From Candidatus Oxydemutatoraceae bacterium (GTDB lineage Bacteria; Pseudomonadota; Gammaproteobacteria; Poriferisulfidales; Oxydemutatoraceae), in the NCBI GenBank assembly GCA_965219575.1, contig OZ244779.1, forward strand, positions 684,769 through 748,768: a DNA stretch of 64,000 nt. The letters run 5' to 3'. The notes below the pieces were generated by a model, which ran no database searches, had not been told where the DNA came from, and was given only the letters and a program-made list of their open reading frames with translations. How positions within the stretch are numbered: the stretch's first letter is position 1; each line of letters starts with the position of its first letter. The translations under genes and the position numbers were made by a program. Of the stretch, positions 42,563-53,071 are shown piece by piece.

Positions 42563-43738
42563 TTATCGGATGGTAGTTTGTGCGTCTACATACTCCTGTT
42601 TCATTTTTTCTACTAAATCCTTCTTAGGAATAGGAAGGTAATTAGGAATACGCTTAGCTCTGGGTTCCAAGCAGATAATTTTGATAGTAGGGTTTAAGAA
42701 TCTAATGATATCGGTGAAATTTGAACCCACCGTATATATTAATTCGGTTTTAGACAATATCAAAAGGTCGATAAAGGCGTCTTGTACTTGTTCAGAGTCA
42801 TAACCATGGTGTATAGGTTGATGGGTATACGATCGCTTGATACCTCTGGCAATGACTCTGCCGGCAAACGTTGTTTTCATTTGCGTGATAAATTGTTCTT
42901 TATCCGAGCATGCAAAAATATAGCTATCTTTGTCTAATACTTTTTCCAAATATGTGATGTAAGCCTCAATAGTCATTTTCCTCTGGAATAAGGCATCGGT
43001 TGCGCGATAATGCACTCCGATACAGTCCCCCTTAACATTCGTGTTGTACCACCGGTCGGCTTGCTGTTGTAGCTCTTGTTTTATCGATAATGCCGATATT
43101 ATTTTATGCCCGAATTCACTAGAAATTCTATTTCTTGAAAATTCGGCTAATATATCTCTCAAGTTCATTCTGTAGTGCTTTATTTGGCTTATATGCGTTA
43201 TCGGCTCTCTTGATTTCATAAACTCTTCACATTGACAATGCTCCGAGTAATTCAAGGTAGAGTTAAAGATATCGTAATAGCCGGAATTTTTCCGAAGAGG
43301 CTTGAGATTGATATTTAATTTTTCGCAAATCCATGCTATTCCGACTAAGGTAAATAGGGTGGTTCCCACATTGCCGTATTGTAATATTTTTGCGGTAATA
43401 CATCCGTATCTTATACCGTCTTTGAGATATCCTATAAGATATATATATGCTAAAAAGTATTTTTTTAATGAATTATATGTTGATGTTTTTGTTGTGAGTT
43501 TGGGTCTTTTCTTTTTAATTTTCTTTAGTTGCTCGGTTTTTTTCTTATCTTTAATGGGTTCTTTTTCTCGAGTGGGAATTTCATGGTGATTTAATCGGGG
43601 AGAAGGCTTATAAATAGAGCGTATTATCGTTAGAATTTTTTTAAGCAATGGTCTGTATATTCTACTCGGATGAAAAATATAAGTCAGCACCAAAGTGGCT
43701 TTCAGAGTATACCAATAAACAGAAATTCTTTTGACCAT
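42563..43738 (-). CDS. Putative fucosyltransferase-like (NodZ/GT-B) protein
   Basis: IGVHYRATD, IFACSD, AFIDLLILSK, SNFT; AT-rich. Confidence 0.65.
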   Translation of the reverse strand: MVKRISVYWYTLKATLVLTYIFHPSRIYRPLLKKILTIIRSIYKPSPRLNHHEIPTREKEPIKDKKKTEQLKKIKKKRPKLTTKTSTYNSLKKYFLAYIYLIGYLKDGIRYGCITAKILQYGNVGTTLFTLVGIAWICEKLNINLKPLRKNSGYYDIFNSTLNYSEHCQCEEFMKSREPITHISQIKHYRMNLRDILAEFSRNRISSEFGHKIISALSIKQELQQQADRWYNTNVKGDCIGVHYRATDALFQRKMTIEAYITYLEKVLDKDSYIFACSDKEQFITQMKTTFAGRVIARGIKRSYTHQPIHHGYDSEQVQDAFIDLLILSKTELIYTVGSNFTDIIRFLNPTIKIICLEPRAKRIPNYLPIPKKDLVEKMKQEYVDAQTTIR

Positions 43739-43746
43739 AAGATTTT

Positions 43747-45354
43747 TTATTTATCGGAATAATTGTAACAAGTAATAGGGTATCGTCGTTCTCTACCGAA
43801 AGCGCAAGGTGTGATTTTCGGTCCTATCGGTGCTTGGCGACGTTTGTATTCGCTGGCAAGCACAGCCTGCCATACCGTTGAAACCAACTCGTATCGGTAG
43901 CCTTCCGAGACGAGTGATTCTACGGTGGCATCGCAATCTATTATTTTTTCTAGTATGGGGTCCAGTATTTCGTAGGGTGGTAGGCTGTCGGTGTCTAGTT
44001 GCCCTTCGGCTAATTCGGCAGTCGGTGGTCTGTCTATGATACGTTGCGGAATGATAGTCTCGTCTTTATTGTAATCTTGCGCAAGTTCATAAACTAGAGT
44101 TTTAGATACATCCTTTAGCGGCGCATACGCACCTACCGAGTCACCGTAAAGCGTGGTATAACCCATTGCGATCTCGCTTTTGTTGGAAGTGCCTGCAACC
44201 ATCAATCCGTGCTTATTAGCGATTGCCATTAACAGGTTGCCTCGCAGGCGGGCTTGTATATTTTCTTCGGTTTTATCGGGAGGTAAATCCTCGAAGGCCG
44301 GTTTGAGCACTTGTTTCATCGTTTCGAATAAGTCTGTAATCGGAATTTCTTGCAAGGCGACCCCTAGGTTACTTGTCAAGATACGAGTATCTTCTATGCT
44401 ACTTGTGGCGGTAAACGGAGACGGCATCATCACGGCGCGTACCCTACCTGCGCCTAAGGCTTCAACCGAAACTACCAGTGTGACGGCTGAATCGATACCT
44501 CCCGATAATCCGATAACAATACCTGCGGCACCGTGATCTTCTACATAATCTTTGAGTCCCATAGTCAGTGCGCGTCGTATATTGACAATTCGGCTCGGTG
44601 TTCGGGCTTGGGTTTGCGACGATAACCGACCGTTGTCTATTTCCAAGAAATAAACATCTGCTTCAAAGGTCGGTGCGCGTAGTATGTTTCGACCTTGTGC
44701 GGAAATCACTCTGCTATCTCCGTCAAACACGAGTTCGTCTTGTCCGCCGACGCGATTCAGATACAAGATGGGTGTTTTCGTTTGAACCACTCGCTCTTGT
44801 AGTATTCGGTCGCGTTGGTCTTGTTTGCCGATGTCGAAAGGTGATGCGTTGATATTGATTATAAGGTCTGCGTTTGATCGTGCGGCTTCGAGCGCGGGCA
44901 TGGGATGCCAGATATCTTCACAAACCGTCACACCTATCGATAAATCGTTTATTTTGAATACATAACTTTTATCGCCGGGCTTAAAGTGTCGGTGTTCGTC
45001 AAACACACCGTAGTTGGGTAGGTGACGTTTATAGTAGCAAGCGATGATACGATTGTTCGAGATATGCACCGCTGCATTGTATAAATTATCGTTTTCTTGC
45101 CACGGTGCACCTACGATAATATCGGTATCGGAGGGTGATTGTTTTGCTAAAAACTCGAGTGCCTGCGTCGTCTTATTCAGGAAGTCGGCACGCAACAAAA
45201 GATCGTCGGCGGGGTATCCGGTAATTGCCATTTCCGGAAATACAACTAAGCGCGCATTTCGAGTATGCGCTTCTCGCATGGCTTTTAATATGCGTAGTGT
45301 GTTGCCGTCTATATCGGCCATTTTATAAGGATGTTGTGCTAAAGCGATACGCAT
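43747..45354 (-). CDS. nadE: Glutamine-dependent NAD+ synthetase
   Basis: Nitrilase domain FPEM..GYP, CEDIW; GLSGGIDS, ENIQAR, EYKRRQ. Confidence 0.95.
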   Translation of the reverse strand: MRIALAQHPYKMADIDGNTLRILKAMREAHTRNARLVVFPEMAITGYPADDLLLRADFLNKTTQALEFLAKQSPSDTDIIVGAPWQENDNLYNAAVHISNNRIIACYYKRHLPNYGVFDEHRHFKPGDKSYVFKINDLSIGVTVCEDIWHPMPALEAARSNADLIININASPFDIGKQDQRDRILQERVVQTKTPILYLNRVGGQDELVFDGDSRVISAQGRNILRAPTFEADVYFLEIDNGRLSSQTQARTPSRIVNIRRALTMGLKDYVEDHGAAGIVIGLSGGIDSAVTLVVSVEALGAGRVRAVMMPSPFTATSSIEDTRILTSNLGVALQEIPITDLFETMKQVLKPAFEDLPPDKTEENIQARLRGNLLMAIANKHGLMVAGTSNKSEIAMGYTTLYGDSVGAYAPLKDVSKTLVYELAQDYNKDETIIPQRIIDRPPTAELAEGQLDTDSLPPYEILDPILEKIIDCDATVESLVSEGYRYELVSTVWQAVLASEYKRRQAPIGPKITPCAFGRERRYPITCYNYSDK

Positions 45355-45464
45355 TTTCGGGGGTCTTTTGAAGAATTAACTACCGTTCGTCGGAAATATA
45401 TGACCGTTTATTTTTATTGGGCTTCAAATAACCCTCTAAATCGGATAATAGGACTGTTGACTTT

Positions 45465-45929
45465 ATGAGGAGATTAGGCATGAAAATTAAAGGTTTTACA
45501 TTAATAGAATTGATGATTGCCATAGCGATAGTAGGCATACTGTTGTCTTTAGCTATACCGACATATCAAGATTATACCGTGCGAGCCAAAATTTCCGAAG
45601 CTATGAATGTTGCGAGTTCCTTAAAAGTAATGGTTTCCGAGTACTATATCACGATGGCAGAATTGCCGGAGAATGCCGATGTGGCAGGAATAGACACTAC
45701 TTTTAATACCGAATATATTTCTGCAATCGGCTATCGGAAGGAAGGAGACGACGATAGCAGGGCGATGATCGAATTGACTTTGTCCGAAAATGTTTCCGAA
45801 GCGGTTGCCGGTAAAGCACTATTGTTGACGGCGGTACCCGAAGCGGGATCCTTGCGTTGGGTTTGCAGCCACGATCAAAGCGAATCCGACCCTATAGACT
45901 CCAAGTATTTGCCGTCAAACTGCCGCTGA
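45465..45929 (+). CDS. pilA: Type IV major pilin
   Basis: KG|FTLIELMI, AIPTYQDYTVRA, C-terminal Cys pair; likely start 45480. Confidence 0.92.
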   Translation: MRRLGMKIKGFTLIELMIAIAIVGILLSLAIPTYQDYTVRAKISEAMNVASSLKVMVSEYYITMAELPENADVAGIDTTFNTEYISAIGYRKEGDDDSRAMIELTLSENVSEAVAGKALLLTAVPEAGSLRWVCSHDQSESDPIDSKYLPSNCR

Positions 45930-45933
45930 AGTA

Positions 45934-47124
45934 ATGCAAACACCGACCCGATTATTTAAGTGGCGGGGCATTAGTTCCGACGGCGGTACTATCGACGGTC
46001 TATATGTGGCAGAAGACGAGAGTGTGCTTTTGCAACACTTGGAACATCAAGGGATTATTTTGGTCAAGGCGCAAGCTATTCACTCGGTGCAACATCTGGA
46101 TACAAAGTTATTAGGCTTTTTGATGAAGCGGTTGGCAACATTGTTAAACGCCGGGTTGCCTATGGATTCGGCATTACAGCTGCTTTATGAACAAGCACCA
46201 TCCAAGCTCAAAGCGGTACTCGCTCGGTTGTTGCATTGCCTCAAGTCGGGGTTGAGTTTATCCGAGGGCTTAAAACCTCATTTGGATAGTCGACAGCAAT
46301 ACCTAGTCAACATGATTCGCATCGGAGAAGATAGCGGTAAATTGGTTGCATTGCTGAATGAACTTGCGGCACAAAAGGAAAAGCAAATTCTTGCATTGCG
46401 TAGCTTAAAGCGCGCCTTAGCGTATCCTTCGTTGATATTAGGTGTGGCAATAGCGGTGATGGTTTTGTTGCTGAAAACGGTGGTACCTCAGTTCGAGAAG
46501 AGCTATGCGGCACTCGGCGGTGCATTACCGAACTATACACAGTTGACTTTGGATTTTTCGTCTTGGTTGGAACAACACGGTGGTGCATTGCTGATTGTGT
46601 TGTTGTCGGTTTATATAATCGGTTTATTGCTACACCGTACGGTCGTGGCATTTAGATACATCACATCGTATGTGCTCTTGAGACTTCCTCTTTGTGGTTC
46701 TCTTAGGCGTAGCTATTTTCAAAGTTTTTTTGCGACCACCTTGGGCTTGGCTTATCAGGCCGGTGTTCCTATAGATAAAGTGATGGAATGGTTGCCGTCG
46801 GCAACGCGAGATGCCGTATTCAAAAGTGCTTTAGAGAAACTCAAACACGATATAGACCAAGGGGCAAGTCTATACGATGCGATTTGCAAAATAGATTTTT
46901 TTGAACAATTTATGAAGCAAATGATACGGGTCGGCATAGAGAGCGGTCAACTGGCGCAGTCCTTATCACAAATAGCGACTTATTATAACGACCGCTTCGA
47001 TGCTCAAATGCGCAACATGATGCACTGGGTGGAACCTGCATTAATTTGCTTGGTGGCAGCGATAGTCGGCTGGATTATTGCGGCAATGTACATCCCTATC
47101 TTTACGCTCGGTTTTGCATTATAA
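45934..47124 (+). CDS. pilC: Type IV pilus platform protein (T2SS F family)
   Basis: LATLLNAGLP, IGEDSGKL, ALAYP, AMYIPIF. Confidence 0.88.
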   Translation: MQTPTRLFKWRGISSDGGTIDGLYVAEDESVLLQHLEHQGIILVKAQAIHSVQHLDTKLLGFLMKRLATLLNAGLPMDSALQLLYEQAPSKLKAVLARLLHCLKSGLSLSEGLKPHLDSRQQYLVNMIRIGEDSGKLVALLNELAAQKEKQILALRSLKRALAYPSLILGVAIAVMVLLLKTVVPQFEKSYAALGGALPNYTQLTLDFSSWLEQHGGALLIVLLSVYIIGLLLHRTVVAFRYITSYVLLRLPLCGSLRRSYFQSFFATTLGLAYQAGVPIDKVMEWLPSATRDAVFKSALEKLKHDIDQGASLYDAICKIDFFEQFMKQMIRVGIESGQLAQSLSQIATYYNDRFDAQMRNMMHWVEPALICLVAAIVGWIIAAMYIPIFTLGFAL

Positions 47125-47199
47125 AAACAGAGCAGGCATGTATCCATACGATAGATTACACATTGTATAATGACCGAATGAAGTTTCGGTCTCCCGCCA

Positions 47200-48069
47200 A
47201 TGTATAAAGTAGCCCTTGTTCCCGACCTTGCGTGGTGGATTTCGATCGCCGTTTTAGGTTTGATTGTAGGTAGCTTTTTGAATGTAGTTATTTATAGATT
47301 GCCTTTAATTTTAAGACAACGGTGGCACGATGATGCGCGAGCAGTGCTTGCAGAGGCGGAGTATGAGCAGGTTTCACATAATTTTTCTTTACTCTATCCG
47401 AGTTCTCACTGCACCCGGTGTAAAACACCGATATTGTGGCGGCATAAAATTCCGATACTCAGTTTTATATTGTTAAGAGGATCGTGTGCATACTGCCATG
47501 AGTCTATTAGTATGCGCTACCCGTTCATAGAATTATCGACAATGGTTATTTGGTTAATCATTTTTGCGATATACGGCGTTTCGTATGTGAGTATTTTCGG
47601 TGTGTTGTTCGCTTCGAGTTTGATCGCATTGGCTTGCATCGATCAAAAAGAGGGTTATCTAGTAGATGAGATTACTATCCCTTTGATATGGGCGGGGCTA
47701 TTGTTAAATTGCTTCGATACCATCGTAGCGGCAGAGCAGGCGATCTTAGGTGCGGTGTTGGGATATTTGTCTTTTTTCCTGTTAAATCAAGCGTTTAAGC
47801 TGGTTCGTGGTCGTCACGGATTGGGCCGGGGTGATATGAAATTATTGGCTGCCATAGGGGCTTGGCTGGGTTGGGAAGTACTCCCCGCTTTGGTTTTGAT
47901 TGCATCGCTGAGCGGTTTGGTTTTCTATGGCATGATACGTCTGAGACAACATTATGCGCTCTCGGATGCAATTCCGTTCGGGCCTCACTTGGTTTTCTCG
48001 GGTATAGTATCTTTTTTATTTTATCCGCAACTCAAAATGCCTTTTGAGATCGTTTCTCCGATGTGGTGA
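47200..48069 (+). CDS. pilD: Prepilin peptidase
   Basis: GSFLNVVIYRLP, CxxC pairs, GRGDMKL, IPFGP. Confidence 0.93.
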   Translation: MYKVALVPDLAWWISIAVLGLIVGSFLNVVIYRLPLILRQRWHDDARAVLAEAEYEQVSHNFSLLYPSSHCTRCKTPILWRHKIPILSFILLRGSCAYCHESISMRYPFIELSTMVIWLIIFAIYGVSYVSIFGVLFASSLIALACIDQKEGYLVDEITIPLIWAGLLLNCFDTIVAAEQAILGAVLGYLSFFLLNQAFKLVRGRHGLGRGDMKLLAAIGAWLGWEVLPALVLIASLSGLVFYGMIRLRQHYALSDAIPFGPHLVFSGIVSFLFYPQLKMPFEIVSPMW

Positions 48070-48076
48070 GTCATAA

Positions 48077-48658
48077 ATGTTGAAGGTAGCATTATACGGC
48101 GGAGCGTGTAGCGGCAAAAGTACCGTAGCCGAGCTATTTGCGAATTTCGGTGCACCGATTATAGATGCCGATATTATTGCCAGAGAACTTGTGACTCCCG
48201 GTAGTCCTCAGCTGCGACAAATTATGACTGCCTTCGGTACCGAGATCGTCAAGAATAATCAACTCGATAGAGCGATGTTGCGGCGAATTATATTTTTCGA
48301 TAAAGCGGCTAGAATACAACTCGATAACATTATGCATCCGCCCATCCGTATGGAATTGAAGCGGCGTATCGATGATACGGTGGCACCTTATTGCGTGGTT
48401 GTCATACCGTTGTTGCTGGAGGCACAAATGACGGATTTAGTCGATTGTGTCGTTGTGGTCGATTGTCCGCAACAAACTCAAATTGAAAGAATCGCTCTTC
48501 GCGATGATTTAAGTATAGAAGAAGCAACCCAAATCGTTAGTGTTCAAGCCACTCGCAAACAGAGACTGGAAGTTTCGGACAAGGTGATTGATAATAGCTT
48601 AGATATGAATCATCTAAAACAACAAGTGCATAAGCTACATAAAGAATGGACAAAATAG
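48077..48658 (+). CDS. coaE: Dephospho-CoA kinase
   Basis: GGACSGKST, IDADIIAR, IPLLLE. Confidence 0.94.
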   Translation: MLKVALYGGACSGKSTVAELFANFGAPIIDADIIARELVTPGSPQLRQIMTAFGTEIVKNNQLDRAMLRRIIFFDKAARIQLDNIMHPPIRMELKRRIDDTVAPYCVVVIPLLLEAQMTDLVDCVVVVDCPQQTQIERIALRDDLSIEEATQIVSVQATRKQRLEVSDKVIDNSLDMNHLKQQVHKLHKEWTK

Positions 48659-49437
48659 AAGTCTCGGGACAAGAGCATAGAGCGACTACGATTTATGAGA
48701 TTCCACTCAACAGTAGAATGAGACATTTTCTACGCTATGAATACCTGATCAACGAAATTGAAACAAGGTTGTCGGCTGAGCACGATTATGCGGTAATAGA
48801 TATCCTGCGTTTGGTGCATAGTTTGATTGAAATTAATACGAACAATGATATGCGTAGCGAGATTATGCAACACTTAAACTGGCAGCACCAGCAGCTACGA
48901 GAACTGGAGAAGCAACCTCGGGTCGACCAAATTTTTTTGCAGGAAAAAATGCAGGAAAAAAAACAGATGCTGGCAGAAATGGAGAAATTATCTATTCCTA
49001 TCTCAATGTACCATAATCATTATCTATTGAGCACGACCAAATCGCATGTGAACATCATCGGTGGGTTGGCAAGTTTTCATTTACCTATGTTTGCGACTTG
49101 GGCTACATTAGCTCGCAACTACCGGCAAGCGGATTTGAATAGATGGTACGCACCTTTTAAGGAGCTCTACAAAGGTATACAAAATATTCTGTCGATGACC
49201 CGCAACAGTCAAGAATTCAAAGCGTATCAATCCGAGACCGGCTATTATATGGAGGATTTTTCTCCTCCTAGGAACTACCAAATGATAAGAATTTCGGTAA
49301 ATAGAGATATTTTTCCCAGATTATCCGCTAGTCCTTCGCGTTTGATAGTCTATTTCTTTACCGCCTCCGATTTTAGGGAGCCACCCCGGCAAGTTCAAAC
49401 TCACATAGACTTTGAAATGGCGTTTGCTAATTTGTAG
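48646..49437 (+). CDS. zapD: Cell division protein ZapD (divergent)
   Basis: YEIPLNSRMRHFLRYE, GG...FHLP; position after coaE. Confidence 0.8.
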   Translation: MDKIEVSGQEHRATTIYEIPLNSRMRHFLRYEYLINEIETRLSAEHDYAVIDILRLVHSLIEINTNNDMRSEIMQHLNWQHQQLRELEKQPRVDQIFLQEKMQEKKQMLAEMEKLSIPISMYHNHYLLSTTKSHVNIIGGLASFHLPMFATWATLARNYRQADLNRWYAPFKELYKGIQNILSMTRNSQEFKAYQSETGYYMEDFSPPRNYQMIRISVNRDIFPRLSASPSRLIVYFFTASDFREPPRQVQTHIDFEMAFANL

Positions 49438-49462
49438 GTCATATCGTGGTTCTGTGCAATAT

Positions 49463-49532
49463 CACGCCGATTGACCTACCGGCGGGCGGACATCAGAATT
49501 GCCGATTGACCCACCGGCTCAATCGGCGGTCT
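49463..49532. repeat. Family C hairpin repeats (one partial, one complete)
   Basis: CACGCCGATTGACCTACCGG...GCCGATTGACCCACCGGCTCAATCGGC. Confidence 0.75.
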
Positions 49533-50290
49533 CTTCCGATAAACTCCTTGAATAGGAGTATTTTGCGCATCAAATCGGCTGCGAACAAAAGATATTTTGG
49601 ACTGGGGTGACCGATTTCTTGATTCAGCCTTTCCCTGTATATCGGATAGTACCTTGCTACTAAATCGTTTTGCATCATGCTCTCATATACTTTATCTATT
49701 ATTGCCCTTGCCATAGGATTTTGAGAATAGACTGTATAAATATCTTTTCTCGGAGGACGAAAATCAGATTTATCTTTTATATTTTGAAAAGTTTCTAATA
49801 AACCGGGATAACCTATTTTTATTTCCAGTTTTTTAATATCTTCGTCTAAATGTTCGTATCTGATTAAAAAATCGGTGACCAAACGATTTTTAATACATAG
49901 CAGATTATAATCTCCAAGCCTGTTTCTGAGCATCATTTCATTTAATACAAATAAGCTAAAATTATCTTTAGATTGTTTCCAGTAGTATCTGGAAATCATA
50001 GTATCGTAAGGGCAGCGAATAATAGATACTTTTAGGTAGTTATCCCATATATTTGAGAATTCTCTTTTTATGGCATGTGCAGAAAGATGACGACGGAATA
50101 TTTTTTTGCCTTTCAGGGTGATATTTTGATACTCCGGGATATTCCAAGATTGTCTGATGTTCTCATCTGTTTTTATTGAAGTGTAAATATCGTCCGCCCC
50201 ACAATATTTTGACAGTGCAAGTTCAAAAGATGAACCGGCGGTTTTATAGGTTTTTATAAATATAACTTTTAGTTTATGAGAGATAATCAA
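49493..50290 (-). CDS. Sulfotransferase family 2-like protein
   Basis: IISHKLKVIFIKTYKTAGSS (PAPS loop), IRCPYDTMISRYYW, IRYEHL. Confidence 0.78.
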   Translation of the reverse strand: MIISHKLKVIFIKTYKTAGSSFELALSKYCGADDIYTSIKTDENIRQSWNIPEYQNITLKGKKIFRRHLSAHAIKREFSNIWDNYLKVSIIRCPYDTMISRYYWKQSKDNFSLFVLNEMMLRNRLGDYNLLCIKNRLVTDFLIRYEHLDEDIKKLEIKIGYPGLLETFQNIKDKSDFRPPRKDIYTVYSQNPMARAIIDKVYESMMQNDLVARYYPIYRERLNQEIGHPSPKYLLFAADLMRKILLFKEFIGRDRRLSRWVNRQF

Positions 50291-50309
50291 CGGATCACCC
50301 TATCAGACC

Positions 50310-51530
50310 TCAAATTGATTCTAATTGACGCCACTTATTAGGGATTAGTTTGAGGTCTGCTAAGGCTGCCAGCAGAGCTTTAGGAAAGCTCGCATCGTCT
50401 CCGTATAGAAGTTTATAGTAGCTGACTTTCATTGTCGTTGCCGAACCCAAGACAATAAAGGTGAAAGTGAGCAAAGCACCGAGTGCGAGTGTAGATGCAC
50501 CGCTAATCGCCTGTCCGAAAGTACAGCCCAAGGATAGTACCCCGCCGATGCCCATCAGCAAGCCGCCTACGAAATGGTTTGCAAAGTCTTTTAAGTCGGC
50601 AAACCATTCAATACGAAAGCTCTTGGTAAATATCGCATAAAAAAACGAACCTACGATAATTCCCGACGCTGCTATCAGTGCAAAAGAGAGATACTGAAAT
50701 GAAAAACCTTCTCGTATCCAATAATAAAAGTGTCCGCTCGGCTTTACGAAAGTAAGCGACTGCGCGCCCACATCGTACGGGATTTGATCTAGAAATTCTA
50801 CCTCCTCCAGTAATTCTTGACCGTGGGGTCCTGCCGTGACATACCATGCGAGTGCAACCGCACCGCCGATAATCGTGCCGCCGATGATGTTATCGGTGTT
50901 TTTAGAGAAATCGGTGGACTTAAAACACCATATAAAGAGTGCGATAGCGATAATCAAGGCAATAATAAGTTTGCCGTTTACGGTATTCTCCATGCCCAGA
51001 GGCAGTCCGTATAGCAGTATTGCACTAATACCTTGACTCGGTATACCGTAATCGTTGAAATTTATCGCCGGCATCCATTGCAAAAATACATAAAAACCGA
51101 AATCGGTATAAATCATTAAATAGGCACCTACGCCCATAATCAAAAAGACGAATATAGATTTTAGGTTGCCGCCACCTATGCGCACTAAAGTTTTGTTGCC
51201 GCATCCTGAACCTAAGGTCATGCCGATACCGAAGAGCAACCCACCGAGTATGTAGCGTAACCATACGAATTGCGGAGTTGTGTAGGGTGGTTTGCCGGTT
51301 TTACCGTCTTCCACCAGCGATAAATCTACTTGTGCCCATATTTCCAGCAATGCGACGATGGCGATTGCCGTGCCGATAGCAAACACCCACGCCCGCATTC
51401 GTCCGGTGTCGCCGGTGTTGACGCAGTCGGAAACCGCCCCCATCGTACAGAAATTGGTTTTGTTGGCAACCGCACCTACGAGTAATGCGATTAGGAATGC
51501 CCATAATAGGGTTTGTTGTACTAAGTCCAT
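50310..51530 (-). CDS. YeeE/YedE sulfur-compound transporter
   Basis: NFCTMGA, GMTLGSGC, SLGCTFGQ; multi-TM. Confidence 0.9.
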   Translation of the reverse strand: MDLVQQTLLWAFLIALLVGAVANKTNFCTMGAVSDCVNTGDTGRMRAWVFAIGTAIAIVALLEIWAQVDLSLVEDGKTGKPPYTTPQFVWLRYILGGLLFGIGMTLGSGCGNKTLVRIGGGNLKSIFVFLIMGVGAYLMIYTDFGFYVFLQWMPAINFNDYGIPSQGISAILLYGLPLGMENTVNGKLIIALIIAIALFIWCFKSTDFSKNTDNIIGGTIIGGAVALAWYVTAGPHGQELLEEVEFLDQIPYDVGAQSLTFVKPSGHFYYWIREGFSFQYLSFALIAASGIIVGSFFYAIFTKSFRIEWFADLKDFANHFVGGLLMGIGGVLSLGCTFGQAISGASTLALGALLTFTFIVLGSATTMKVSYYKLLYGDDASFPKALLAALADLKLIPNKWRQLESI

Positions 51531-51546
51531 CTACCTGATATTTGTG

Positions 51547-52326
51547 TCAGAGGGTAATTATATCAGCATCTCTATATTCGTCTATGGCTTTTTCTAACCC
51601 GGATTTGTAGGCTGAAAAATATTTTTGTAACTCGTCTCGGCTGAAGTTTTCATGAAGTGCTTTATCGGTTTTTATCTTTACCTTGGGGTGTTCAAAATAT
51701 ATTTTATGACAGAGGGTGTTTTCTGTTTTAGGACGGAAGTCACCTTTTGTATGGATGTTTGATAAGGATTCTAGCAAACCGTCACAACCTATCCTTATTT
51801 CAAGTTTTTTAATATCTTCGTTTAAATTGTCATATCTGATCATAAAATTAATTACTAATTTCCCGTCAATTTGGAGTTTTTTGTAATTCTTAATAAGCCA
51901 TTTAATCCCTCGTTCTAATGCATAGTTCTCAAAGTCTTTGATTTCATTCTCAGGGAGGCGTTTAAGCCAATAGTAATGAGAAATTAACATATCGTATGGG
52001 CAACGGATGATAGCTACTTTTAAGTAGCTGTTCCAAACTTGCTCGGGAATTAGTCGTTGTATCTTTTTAGCACCACTATGTTCAACAAACCTAGGGGGAT
52101 CCATCAATATAATTCTACGATGCTTGAGTTTATACTCATAAGGTGCCGTGTAATTTTGTCCTTTGTTGTATCCAACCCTTTTTCTTTCATCAATTGTTTT
52201 ATCAACTGCAATCGGTGTAATGATGTCGTGTGGGCCACAATACTTTGTAAACGCCATTTCAAACGATGAGCCGGCAGTTTTCATTATTTTTACAAAGATC
52301 ATTTTATATTTGTGGGAAATAATCAT
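51547..52326 (-). CDS. Sulfotransferase family 2-like protein
   Basis: IISHKYKMIFVKIMKTAGSS, IRCPYDMLISHYYW; paralog of 49493-50290. Confidence 0.78.
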   Translation of the reverse strand: MIISHKYKMIFVKIMKTAGSSFEMAFTKYCGPHDIITPIAVDKTIDERKRVGYNKGQNYTAPYEYKLKHRRIILMDPPRFVEHSGAKKIQRLIPEQVWNSYLKVAIIRCPYDMLISHYYWLKRLPENEIKDFENYALERGIKWLIKNYKKLQIDGKLVINFMIRYDNLNEDIKKLEIRIGCDGLLESLSNIHTKGDFRPKTENTLCHKIYFEHPKVKIKTDKALHENFSRDELQKYFSAYKSGLEKAIDEYRDADIITL

Positions 52327-52348
52327 GTTCTACATAATGAAGATTATT

Positions 52349-53071
52349 TTAGTAATAGCAAGTAGGGTCGGCAATACCGGCTTCCTTAAAACCTTGTTGT
52401 CTGAATCGGCAAGCGTCGCATATTCCGCAGGCTTTGCCTTCGTCGTTTGCTTGATAACACGAGACAGTGAGCGAATAGTCCAATCCCAGTTGTATGCCGC
52501 ATTTTATAATCTCGGATTTACGCATCGATATCAGAGGCGCGTTAATGTGAAATTCATTTTGTTGCACGCCGCTTCGGGTAGCTAATTTTGCGATGTTTTG
52601 AAAGTGCTTTATAAAATTCGGGCGGCAATCGGGATAACCCGAATAGTCTATTGCGTTCACGCCTATAAAAATGTTATGAATATTCAGAGTTTCTGCCCAC
52701 GCTAATGCAATCGATAAAAAAATCAGATTTCTCGCCGGCACATAAGTTATAGGGATGGTATTCTCTGCATGGGCGGCAGACTGTGGTGTGGTTGGTACTT
52801 CAATTTTTGAGTCGGTTAAAGCGGAGCCTCCTACCGAGTCGAGCGAGAGAGGAAATATCAGGTGTTTTTCTACTTTGAGGTGATTTGCAATTCGTCGGGC
52901 AGCGTCGATTTCGACTGCGTGCCGTTGCCCGTAGTCAAAACTCAGTGCACGACAAAGATAACCTTGCGACTTAGCGAGTGCTAATACCGTTGCCGAGTCC
53001 AGCCCACCAGATAGGAGCACCACGGCACTTAATGATGCATTGGTGTTCACCTTCCGCGTGTTTCTCCCCAC
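52349..53071 (-). CDS. queC: 7-cyano-7-deazaguanine synthase
   Basis: [28 protein letters not shown]. Confidence 0.96.
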   Translation of the reverse strand: MGRNTRKVNTNASLSAVVLLSGGLDSATVLALAKSQGYLCRALSFDYGQRHAVEIDAARRIANHLKVEKHLIFPLSLDSVGGSALTDSKIEVPTTPQSAAHAENTIPITYVPARNLIFLSIALAWAETLNIHNIFIGVNAIDYSGYPDCRPNFIKHFQNIAKLATRSGVQQNEFHINAPLISMRKSEIIKCGIQLGLDYSLTVSCYQANDEGKACGICDACRFRQQGFKEAGIADPTCYY

